Assembly (NCBI GenBank): GCA_024281015.1
Contig: JAMXLL010000201.1
Span: forward strand, 1-52,032
Direction of reading: 5' to 3'
Source of the DNA: Candidatus Binataceae bacterium
GTDB lineage: Bacteria; Desulfobacterota; Binatia; Binatales; Binataceae
Length of the DNA: 52,032 nt
The translations under genes and the position numbers were made by a program. Shown here in pieces: positions 1 through 8,090 of this stretch. Below the pieces are notes generated by a model. The model searched no databases. It was not told where the DNA came from and was given only the letters and a program-made list of their open reading frames with translations. Position 1 is the first letter of the stretch. The number at the start of each line of letters is the position of its first letter.

Positions 1-403
1 CGCATCTATTACCGCGGCTGCGTGGATCTCTGTCAGGCGCTAAAACGGCCGCATTCAGCCACTTGTATGCAGTTCGGGTCTTGGCGGTTTCCTCCGAAAC
101 TCGCTGCCTCGGCTCCAAACCTCCACAACCCGTCATACTGCGAAATTGTCCGTTCGAAAAGCGACAATATCTAGGTGTTTACATCAAGTCGAGAACGTTA
201 CGCCATCGTGGGGGACTTTTGTGAAGATAGGGGGACTAATATCGCCTCTGCCCGGGAGCCGCGATCCCGTTCGGGCGGCAGTTTCACCGTTTTCTGGTTC
301 GCCGCACGCGATGCCCCCCACCAATGCGGCAGCGGAAATGCCGAATCGAGAATAGTGCGGACCCCAGCTTCGACAGGATCCTGCTCGAAGCCCCGCGCGC
401 ACC

Positions 404-436
404 ACAAAAATAGCCGCCGGACTGGCGTCCGGCGGC
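404..436 (-). terminator. Rho-independent terminator downstream of the BON-domain gene
   Basis: Perfect 10-bp GC-rich stem (413-422 gccgccggac / 427-436 gtccggcggc) with a 4-nt loop. On the minus strand it is followed by TATTTTTGT (412-404). It starts 29 nt after the stop codon at 465-467. Confidence 0.65.
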
Positions 437-464
437 CGCTACCTTCTTTCGCAATGGAGCCTTG

Positions 465-851
465 TTAGTCTCGCGCGGACACCGAGCTGTGCGCACGGAT
501 ATCGTTATTCACGCTGACTACGCCGCTCGTTTCGCGGGCGATACGCGCAGCACGAGCTGCTGCGGACTTAGGGGCATGGCCGGTCAGGGTTACGACGCCG
601 CCGTTGGTATTGACATGGATATCCTGACCCCTGGTCATCTTGTCATTGTGTAATGACATCTCCAGCTTGCTGGTAATGTCTGTGTCACTGACGGCTGTCT
701 TCGTGCCTTGCCATGCATGGCCCGCCGCATTTTCAGTTGAGTGCCACGCCTCGTGCATTTTCTGGCCGGCACTCTGGGCGAATGCAGGTCCGGCCAAAGC
801 CACCCCTAATACCAAACCGGGTAGCAATTTCAAACCTCCGTTGCGGTTCAT
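465..851 (-). CDS. BON-domain (OsmY-like) secreted protein
   Basis: 128-aa ORF with ATG at 851 preceded by AAGGAGG. N-terminal signal peptide (LVLGVALAGPAFAQ). C-terminal BON-like segment (VNTNGGVVTLTGHAPKSAAARAARIARETSGVVSVNNDI). Confidence 0.8.
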   Translation of the reverse strand: MNRNGGLKLLPGLVLGVALAGPAFAQSAGQKMHEAWHSTENAAGHAWQGTKTAVSDTDITSKLEMSLHNDKMTRGQDIHVNTNGGVVTLTGHAPKSAAARAARIARETSGVVSVNNDIRAHSSVSARD

Positions 852-1356
852 ATTACCTCCTTGCTCAACTGCAGTGATTGCGTACTAGTCGAGCGCCCGT
901 CTGTGACGCGCATCCTATCCTATTGTCGCTTACGGCCGTTATGTTTGCGCCGCAGGCCAACTGGGATGGATCGCGCCAACACAACTATAGTCTCTGGCAT
1001 TTAATAGCAGCACGCATCGTGCCACCTTCAACACAGGTGTCGATGTTGATCTGCTAGAGTTGAACAGTTGCGCATATAAGGGTGGTAGTTAGCCGAACCT
1101 CCAAAAGGCGACCCGCGGTTCTTCAGCATTGATTGGGAGACCCGCGCAAATGAGAACTTCATTCCGGTCTTCCATTCTCAGATCACCAGCGCTACTGCAA
1201 CTACAGCTAATCGAAGCCACGCTGTCCTCACTATATGAAAGACTTCATAATCAACTGAGGTGGCCAAGAATGTAATTGTGCCGATCTCGATGTTAACGTC
1301 AATTGTTCAAGGTTTTGATTGCTCAAATACGGTTATCAGCTGCGAAAGGTGACGCG

Positions 1357-2565
1357 ATGCAGCCTGAACAACAGGAACAAATCTATTTTAATCCTTGGGA
1401 CAAAGCTTATCGCGCGAATCCGTATCCCCATTACGAAGCACTGTACGGGCGCCCTCCTTACCTATTTAACCTGTTCGTCCCAATGGCCCTGGTGGCACGT
1501 TATCGCGATGCCGCTATGATCCTCCGCGATCATGAGCAATTCTCCAGCGTGCCGCCCATGTCGCCTTTCATCCAGGAGCGCCTGGATGTATTCGGCTCGG
1601 CACCGCGCGTGGTCTTTTCCGACCCGCCCGTCCACACCAGGCTGCGTCGCCTTGTCAGCCGTGCGTTCACCCCCAGGCGGATTCGAGATCTCGAGCTCAG
1701 AATATGCGAGTTCACCAGCATCCTCCTGGACCGGGTGGCGGAAAAAGGCACGTTCGAGGTGATGGACGATCTTGCTAATCCATTGCCTGTGATGGTGATC
1801 GCTGAAATGCTCGGGGTGCCTCCCGAGGACTATTTGACCTTCAAGGAATGGTCCGATCGGGTTATTGAATCTGACAATACGATGCCAGGGGTCCCGCTGC
1901 CAGAACCTGTAAAGGACGCGTTCCGTTCGCTGCGCGGGTATTTCATAAATGAAATTGAAAAGCGCCGCCGCGCTCCCGGGCAGGATCTTATCAGCGTCCT
2001 GGTTGCTTCGCGGGATGAGGCGGAGGCGCTGAGCGAAGAGGAGTTGATTACGTTCGTAGTGTTGCTTTTGTTGGCCGGCAACGAAACCACTACCAATCTA
2101 ATCGGCAACGGCATGCTCGCGCTCGGACATAATACCGGGCAGATGCTCAAGTTGGCACGCCACCCCAATTTGATGCCGCGCGCGATCGAGGAAATGCTGC
2201 GATATGATTGTCCAGTCCAGTCGACAGCGCGCTACCCGAAATTTGATGTCACGTTGGATGGTGTCGAGCTCAAAGCCAATACCGTCACTTTCGTGATCGT
2301 CGCCGCCGCCAATCGCGACCCGGAGCACTTTCCGCATCCGCATGTTTTCGATATTACTCGCGAGCCGAATGATCATCTGGCGTTTGGCGAGGGTATTCAC
2401 TACTGTCTGGGGGCACCGCTCGCGCGAATGGAGGGAGCAATTGCGATAGGCGCCGCTCTGAAGCGATTCCCCGGGTTGCGTCTACTCAATCCTGAACAAG
2501 AGTTTACTTACAAAGGCTCATATTTCCTGCGTGGACTAGCCGAATTGCCCATGTCATTGGGCTAG
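1357..2565 (+). CDS. Cytochrome P450
   Basis: Heme-binding loop FGEGIHYCLGAPLARME. I-helix LLLAGNETTTN. ExxR (EEMLRYD). ATG at 1357 follows AAAGGTGA. The ORF-track start at 1303 is a TTG extension. Confidence 0.9.
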   Translation: MQPEQQEQIYFNPWDKAYRANPYPHYEALYGRPPYLFNLFVPMALVARYRDAAMILRDHEQFSSVPPMSPFIQERLDVFGSAPRVVFSDPPVHTRLRRLVSRAFTPRRIRDLELRICEFTSILLDRVAEKGTFEVMDDLANPLPVMVIAEMLGVPPEDYLTFKEWSDRVIESDNTMPGVPLPEPVKDAFRSLRGYFINEIEKRRRAPGQDLISVLVASRDEAEALSEEELITFVVLLLLAGNETTTNLIGNGMLALGHNTGQMLKLARHPNLMPRAIEEMLRYDCPVQSTARYPKFDVTLDGVELKANTVTFVIVAAANRDPEHFPHPHVFDITREPNDHLAFGEGIHYCLGAPLARMEGAIAIGAALKRFPGLRLLNPEQEFTYKGSYFLRGLAELPMSLG

Positions 2566-2580
2566 CCTTGCTTATCCCAC

Positions 2581-3909
2581 ATGAGCCCGCAGGCATCTCC
2601 GCCATTGCCCTCCGCCACACCAAGTAATGGCGAAAGGGCAAAGAGGGCACGTCGGCTTTTAATCGCGCGTCAATTCCCGCCTTTCAGCTCTCGCCAATGG
2701 CGGGTTTTTGCGATATCGACCACCGCTGGATTCTTTGACAATTACGATAGCGCCCTGCTGAGCTTGGCACTTAAACAGATTCAGCGCGGATTGGGCATTG
2801 CAGAGGCGCGTCTCGGCGCCACGCTTTCTTTGATCCGCCTGGGTTACCTGGCATCGCTTACACTCTCTCCGTTAGCCGACGTTTTCGGCCGCCGTCAGAT
2901 ACTGCTCTACACGATCGTTGGCTATACCATGTTCACCGCCATAAGCGCGGCTGCGCCGCACACTGCCAGTTTCGTCGGAGCGCAATTCCTCGCGCGGGCG
3001 TTCTCTGGCGCCGAGGCGACGGTTTCGCTGGTAATCCTCGCTGAAGAGGTCGATGCGGCGGTACGCGGGTGGGCGCTGGGAATGCAAGGGGCATTGTCGA
3101 TTTCAGGGTATGGTCTGGCGGCGGTCGCCTTCGCCATGATCGGTATAATTCCGTTCGGATGGCGCGGCTTGTATGCGTTGGCGCTTTTGCCTCTGGCTCT
3201 AATCATTCCGTTACGGCGCATACTTCCCGAAAGCCGCCGATTCGAACCGACACATGATCCTCAGAACCTGCGACCGAAAAGCATGCTGGCGCCGCTACAT
3301 GGCTTGTTCAGCAGTTATCCAAAACGGCTCTCCTCAATTTTCGTGGTGGTATTCGTGGGGGCGATGGCGGGAGGGGCCGTCGGTTTTTTCGTGCCCAAAT
3401 ATCTGCAAGAAGTGCATCACTGGTCCCCGGGACGAGTTTCCTCGCTTTATATTTTTGGCGGAGCAGTGGGAATTCTCGGCAACATCGTCTCAGGCCGCGT
3501 CAGCGACCGCTTTGGACGGCGCATAGTTGGCCCAGTATTTATTGCGATGGAAGCGCTACTTGCCTACCAGCTTTACACGATTGCAACGGAGGCGATCGTA
3601 GTTCTCTGGATGGGTTGGCTGTTCTGTGACCAGGCGGGTATTACCGTGAGCAGCGCCTACAGCGCCGAACTGTTTCCCACCTCATTCAGAGCAGCCGCTG
3701 CAGGCGCCCTTTATGTTGCTCGCTACGGGGGCGGCGCATTAGGACTCTTGTGCGAGGGCATGCTCTACGGAATCATGGGCTCTCATTGGGTGGCGATCCG
3801 GATTCTCACGATATGCTGGCTATTGAGCGCGGGCTTGATGTATCTGCTCTTCCCCGAAACGGCCGGCCGCGAACTAGAAGAAATCGCTCCGCCTGTTCGC
3901 GAGAGTTAA
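2581..3909 (+). CDS. MFS transporter
   Basis: 442-aa ORF with about 12 predicted hydrophobic helices. MFS-like loop motifs (PLADVFGRRQIL; GRVSDRFGRR). Starts 13 nt after the P450 stop. Confidence 0.85.
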   Translation: MSPQASPPLPSATPSNGERAKRARRLLIARQFPPFSSRQWRVFAISTTAGFFDNYDSALLSLALKQIQRGLGIAEARLGATLSLIRLGYLASLTLSPLADVFGRRQILLYTIVGYTMFTAISAAAPHTASFVGAQFLARAFSGAEATVSLVILAEEVDAAVRGWALGMQGALSISGYGLAAVAFAMIGIIPFGWRGLYALALLPLALIIPLRRILPESRRFEPTHDPQNLRPKSMLAPLHGLFSSYPKRLSSIFVVVFVGAMAGGAVGFFVPKYLQEVHHWSPGRVSSLYIFGGAVGILGNIVSGRVSDRFGRRIVGPVFIAMEALLAYQLYTIATEAIVVLWMGWLFCDQAGITVSSAYSAELFPTSFRAAAAGALYVARYGGGALGLLCEGMLYGIMGSHWVAIRILTICWLLSAGLMYLLFPETAGRELEEIAPPVRES

Positions 3910-4018
3910 ACGAGTTGTTGTCAGGATGGTCTCTTGATCGTGCGGCGAAGGGACGCTCCACGGATTGCAGAGAGTCCGGAGCCGCTCCCCCGGAGTAACT
4001 TTGCAGGGTGCGCCTTTA

Positions 4019-4483
4019 ATGAAAATTATGGGGGCCCGTGCACCAGCAATTGGCTGGCTGCTGCTGATAGCACTTGCCGCGTGCGACGGTACGCCGCAAG
4101 TTCGGATTGAGGGCCCAAACGGGGTTAGCAAGGCCGTGGTGAAGGTCGAGATTGCTGATACCCAACCGGCACGAGAGGTTGGGCTGATGTACCGTCAGCA
4201 CTTGGCTGATAATGCAGGGATGCTGTTCGTCTTCAAGCAGCCGCAGCACCTGACGTTTTGGATGAAGAATACTGAGATCCCGCTCGATATGATCTTCGCC
4301 GCGGCTGATCGCACCGTGACAGGAATTGTCGCCAATGCCGAACCTTTTTCGGAACGCCAACTGAGCGTCGACGGCGATTCACAATACGTTCTGGAAGTCA
4401 ACGCAGGTTTCGCGCAACGGCACCGAATCGAGCAGGGTGATCAGCTGCAATTTGTTGCCATAAGTCCATCGGCCAAGGATTGA
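4019..4483 (+). CDS. DUF192-family lipoprotein
   Basis: Lipobox LIALAAC after MKIMGARAPAIGWLL. DUF192-like core (GLMYRQHLADNAGMLFVF...LTFWMKNTEIPLDMIF). The in-frame upstream extension to 3965 is unlikely. Confidence 0.7.
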   Translation: MKIMGARAPAIGWLLLIALAACDGTPQVRIEGPNGVSKAVVKVEIADTQPAREVGLMYRQHLADNAGMLFVFKQPQHLTFWMKNTEIPLDMIFAAADRTVTGIVANAEPFSERQLSVDGDSQYVLEVNAGFAQRHRIEQGDQLQFVAISPSAKD

Positions 4484-4594
4484 GCAGTACGGTTCGAATA
4501 ACAACCATCGGCGCCCGCTTTGATCGAGTCTGATGGCGTGGGCAGCCGGGGAAATACCCGCCGCATATTACGCAGGGTATTGGCTGGGGTCGGA

Positions 4595-4939
4595 TTAGCC
4601 GACAGTCTCGACGCGGGCCGCCTTCCCAGAAAGTTTCCGCAGGTAATAGAGCCGCGCGCGCCTGACTTTGCCACGGCTTAGCACCTGGATTTTTTCCAGA
4701 CGCGGCGAATGAAGCGGAAAAATTCGCTCAACCCCGATGCCGTAAGATACCTTGCGGACAGTGAAGGTGGCGCGGTTTCCGCCCCGATTAATCTTTATTA
4801 CGATCCCCTCGAATGGCTGGATCCGCTCCTTTTCGCCTTCGACAACACGGACCTGCAGCCGTAGGGAGTCGCCCACGCGAAACCCGGGAATGTCTCTGCG
4901 GAGACTACGTTCTTCAAGCTTCTGGATCACGCTATTCAT
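4595..4939 (-). CDS. rplS: 50S ribosomal protein L19
   Basis: [10 protein letters not shown]...[32 protein letters not shown]...[25 protein letters not shown] is a clear L19 sequence. ATG at 4939. Confidence 0.95.
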   Translation of the reverse strand: MNSVIQKLEERSLRRDIPGFRVGDSLRLQVRVVEGEKERIQPFEGIVIKINRGGNRATFTVRKVSYGIGVERIFPLHSPRLEKIQVLSRGKVRRARLYYLRKLSGKAARVETVG

Positions 4940-5090
4940 CGCATCGAACCCCCGAGAAGTCAGCGACTTCAAAATTATCCGATGGCTGACAGCAACTCAA
5001 CGATGGAAAGGAGAACCAGAAAATAGAAATCTGGACTGACGCGAAGGAACGCTTCCGGCTCTCATCCAGGCTTCTGCCTCCTTACTTAGC

Positions 5091-6329
5091 CTATTCCATG
5101 TCCAGCGCGTGCATGAAGTCGTCCAGCAGATCGCGCCAATGCTCGGTCCCAACTGAAATTCGCACCAGCGATTCGCTGATGCCGGCCGCCGCTAATTCGT
5201 CCTCGCTCAGTTCGCTATGCGTTGTGGTCCGCGGATGGCACACCAGTGTTTCGACCCCGCCGAGACTGACCGCGTTACGGCCAATTTGTAGACGGCGCAG
5301 AAAATCAAACACGGCGAGCCTTCCCCCATGGAGTTCAAGGGAGAAGAGCGATCCGGGATAGTCGGTCTGGACGTCGCGAATACGGATCTGCTCCCGGTCA
5401 GTAAAGAGCGACGGATAAAAGATGCGTTCTACTCGCGAGTGGGCCGCAACTTGCTCGGCAATTCGTTGCGCGTTCTTGCTCTGACGCTCCATCCGAAGCC
5501 TGACCGTCGACAACCGCGAGTTCAGTATCCAGCATTCATCAGCCTGTAGAATGTTGCCGAACAGCGCCCGCATCCCGCGAACGCGCTGAATCAGCTCAGA
5601 ATCGGCTGACAGTACTGCACCGGCCAGCAGGTCACTGAAACCGCCCAAGAACTTGGTTGCGGAATAGAGGACCAAGTCAGCGCCATGCACCAGCGGATGT
5701 TGAAAAGTCGGTCCCAGCAAGGTGTTGTCAACCGCCAGCAACGGCCGGTTAGGATGGCGCCGCACCGCTTCGGCTGCAGCTGCGATGTCGGTCATCACCA
5801 GGGTCGGATTGGAGGGCGTTTCGATGAGCACCAGTCCCAAGTCGTCGCTGGCCTCGATCGCTCTCGTGATCCCTTCCGTTTCACCGGCACCTACCGGCTT
5901 GGTGACGAACCCCAAGGGCTCCAGGACCTGGTGGATCAGGTGCTGCGTCCCGCCGTATAGGGGCTGGGTATAGAGCAATGACCGGCCTCGTTCGAGACAT
6001 CCGATGATTACCGTGAAAATCGCCGCCATCCCGGAGTTGAAGACGGCGGATGCGGCAGCACCGCGCTCGAGCGGCACCAACTGGTCTTCAAGGATCTGGG
6101 CGTTGGGGTGATTCAGCCGTGTATAAATCAGGTCAGGCGTCTCACCATCGAGCGGCCGGATTTTCCCTAATACAATGCCGAAAGCGCGCTCTGCTGCTTC
6201 GGGACTAGAGAAAACATAAGTCGAGCTGCGGTAAACGGGAGGGCGCGCGGAGCCGACTGACAGGCGCGGGTCGAAGCCTCGCGTCAAGACCGCTGTTTCG
6301 GGTCTAACGTGGTAAGGAAACCTGGGCAT
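5091..6329 (-). CDS. Cys/Met-metabolism PLP-dependent enzyme (cystathionine gamma-synthase / gamma-lyase / sulfhydrylase family)
   Basis: PLP-lysine motif SATKFLGGFSDLLAG. N-terminal RSSTYVF motif. Fold-type I layout. ATG at 6329 is preceded by AGGAAAA and gives a family-typical N-terminus. The ORF-track extension to 6476 is rejected. Confidence 0.85.
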   Translation of the reverse strand: MPRFPYHVRPETAVLTRGFDPRLSVGSARPPVYRSSTYVFSSPEAAERAFGIVLGKIRPLDGETPDLIYTRLNHPNAQILEDQLVPLERGAAASAVFNSGMAAIFTVIIGCLERGRSLLYTQPLYGGTQHLIHQVLEPLGFVTKPVGAGETEGITRAIEASDDLGLVLIETPSNPTLVMTDIAAAAEAVRRHPNRPLLAVDNTLLGPTFQHPLVHGADLVLYSATKFLGGFSDLLAGAVLSADSELIQRVRGMRALFGNILQADECWILNSRLSTVRLRMERQSKNAQRIAEQVAAHSRVERIFYPSLFTDREQIRIRDVQTDYPGSLFSLELHGGRLAVFDFLRRLQIGRNAVSLGGVETLVCHPRTTTHSELSEDELAAAGISESLVRISVGTEHWRDLLDDFMHALDME

Positions 6330-6398
6330 AGCATTTTCCTGTGGAACCTGACCGTCCTTGATGTTAATTGTAGCTGAATCAGCACCGGCCTGCCGCAG

Positions 6399-6447
6399 TT
6401 TCATCGCCTGTCGGCAGAGCCGTGATGAAATGGGCACTGCCTCTGCC
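6399..6447 (-). promoter_or_regulatory. Candidate H-type RNA pseudoknot in the leader of the Cys/Met PLP enzyme gene
   Basis: On the minus strand, GGCAGAG (6447-6441) pairs with CUCUGCC (6419-6413). The loop segment UUUCAUC (6430-6424) is perfectly complementary to the downstream GAUGAAA (6405-6399). Confidence 0.3.
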
Positions 6448-6482
6448 CGCTCGAGTAGAGGAGCAGCCACAAGCACAAAGCT

Positions 6483-7040
6483 TCAAACCAGCCGTTCGAG
6501 TGCTAGTGCGCCGGCCAGCAGTACCAGGACAGTTCCCGCTGCGCCTTCCGCCCCTCGCTCGTAGCGCTTGCTGAGGAGCGCTCCGAATGCGAGTCCAGCC
6601 AACGTGAATAAACCCGTGGTTATCGAAATCGTTACCAGCAGCGGAACCAGTGGTACTCCCAAGGCGGGTAGCGCGATCCCAACCCCCAGCGAATCGAGGC
6701 TTATGGATAGTGAGGCCAACAAGAGCCCCGCTCCCTGAGCCGGGTCAAAATGGGGCTCGGGCAAATACTCGAAGGATTTGGCGATCATCACCGAACCGAT
6801 CAGAAATAAGAGCGCCAGACTGAGGTCGTCAGCGATCTCACCCAGCACATGGCTTGCGCTCACACCGAGCCCGTAGCCGATCAACTGCATTATAATCTCG
6901 GCCGCGGCGAAGGCGGTGCCTACGCGCAAACTTGCGCCACGGTTGAGCTGAGCTACGCCCAGGCCGATCGACAACGCCAGGACGTCAAGTCCGACCGCAC
7001 AGGCAACCGCAAGGACCTTAGTCACCACAAGTAACTGCAA
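6483..7040 (-). CDS. mntP: MntP-like (DUF204) manganese efflux pump
   Basis: Two DUF204-like repeats (AVGLDVLALSIGLG ; SISLDSLGVGIAL) in about 185 aa with six hydrophobic helices. The start is uncertain: TTG at 7040 follows GGGGA, and the ORF-track TTG at 7064 has no SD. Confidence 0.7.
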   Translation of the reverse strand: MQLLVVTKVLAVACAVGLDVLALSIGLGVAQLNRGASLRVGTAFAAAEIIMQLIGYGLGVSASHVLGEIADDLSLALLFLIGSVMIAKSFEYLPEPHFDPAQGAGLLLASLSISLDSLGVGIALPALGVPLVPLLVTISITTGLFTLAGLAFGALLSKRYERGAEGAAGTVLVLLAGALALERLV

Positions 7041-7401
7041 GCGCTTTTTTCCCCGCCCGTACAATGATAGACAAGACTTCGAATTCGCAAGGTCTCCAAC
7101 CAGGAGTTACAGGATGGAGAACAACGCTACATTCCCGTATCCCGGAGTAATTGACTGGGACGGCCATATTCTCGAGTTCGTCGAGCAATTTCGGTTTCGA
7201 CCCGCCAAAAGATAATCGGGGGAAATGCGGCCGAAGTATACCGCCTCGGAGGTGTGCAGCTTTTCGTTCGGCTCGCTGTCTTTTAACCTAAATGGCCGAG
7301 ACTAACGGGTAGACGCCGCCGGTATTCGCTCCCCAACCTGCGGCGGATCGGCATTGGCGCGCTGCCTGCCATCGAGTTTCCTCGACAGGGTCGGCCGTGA
7401 A

Positions 7402-7680
7402 TTGTATTGTTGCCCGGTGAAGCGCAACCCGACCCCGGAATTCGAAGCCAAGCTGCTCGCTGAGCTGGCCGCCAGAACCAAAACACTCAGAACGGCGAAC
7501 GTGCTGAGCCTCAAGTGCCCGTGCGGCAAGGTGATACTCCCACCGACTCCGGCACTTCCACATCTAGAAGACCGTCAGCGCGGTTTCGTGAAATCACGCA
7601 TAAGGCGCCACCTGCGCGATGAACATCAACTCTCGGACCACATTATCGATATCGTCGTGAGCAGGTCCTACGCTGATTAG
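7402..7680 (+). CDS. Hypothetical Cys/His-containing small protein
   Basis: GC3-rich reading frame (CCPVKRNPTPEFEAKLLAELAART...KCPCGKV...RRHLRDEH). The start is uncertain (TTG at 7354 or 7402). I recognise no family. Confidence 0.35.
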   Translation: MYCCPVKRNPTPEFEAKLLAELAARTKTLRTANVLSLKCPCGKVILPPTPALPHLEDRQRGFVKSRIRRHLRDEHQLSDHIIDIVVSRSYAD

Positions 7681-8090
7681 CGCTATCCGTGTCGCCCACC
7701 CGCCCGCGGCCGGGCGGCAGGCTGGGTAGAACAGCGCGAGGACTGAGCGACCGCAGACCCGGCGCTTGATTCTCGGATACCTGAAAAGATCATCAATTTC
7801 GGCGTCTTCGTCCAACTGGCACCTATCGATGGCAATTCGCGGTTTTCTACACGCCCGTCCTCTTTCGTTTGCCGTTTAAATAGCTGGCCGAGTGGCAAAA
7901 ATGGGTCCATTCTAAATGCCGCAAATATTGCAAAATGCTGCAATACACATGTGAAATGGAGCGGACCGCAACGTCTGTGCAAGCCGTTTACAGCTAGCCG
8001 ATTATTCGAGGCTACCGGCCGGCAAGCATGGGAAGCGGCGTTGTTTTGGGAGCACCGTGCTGCCGGATTCGAGCAGCGTCTCAGGGCAAA

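Noticed and set aside
995-1010. TGGCAT...AGCA sigma-54-like element upstream of the first P450
   Set aside because: GG-to-GC spacing is 9 rather than 10, and it lies about 350 nt from the nearest start codon.
6330-6476. N-terminal extension of the Cys/Met PLP enzyme ORF
   Set aside because: ATG at 6329 has a good SD and gives the family-typical N-terminus. I interpret the extension as leader RNA (see the pseudoknot finding).
7065-7300. Possible yybP-ykoY (Mn2+) riboswitch upstream of the MntP-like gene
   Set aside because: MntP genes often carry this riboswitch. On the minus strand I see only GGAGACCUU and an imperfect GGGAAUGUAGCG about 45 nt apart. That is too short, and the GGGGAGUAG and UUGACAUA cores are missing. 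An Infernal scan could still overturn this.
7817-7835. TGGCAC-containing sigma-54-like element upstream of the KimA-like gene
   Set aside because: In TGGCACctatcgaTGGCA the GC dinucleotide lies two positions beyond the required GG-N10-GC spacing.
7681-8090. Possible c-di-AMP (ydaO-type) riboswitch in the KimA-like leader
   Set aside because: I could not find the conserved ACGGGG...CCCA or CCGA...GCUAACCUCGUAAGCG-type cores on the plus strand. There are only loose fragments such as ACAGCUAGCC.
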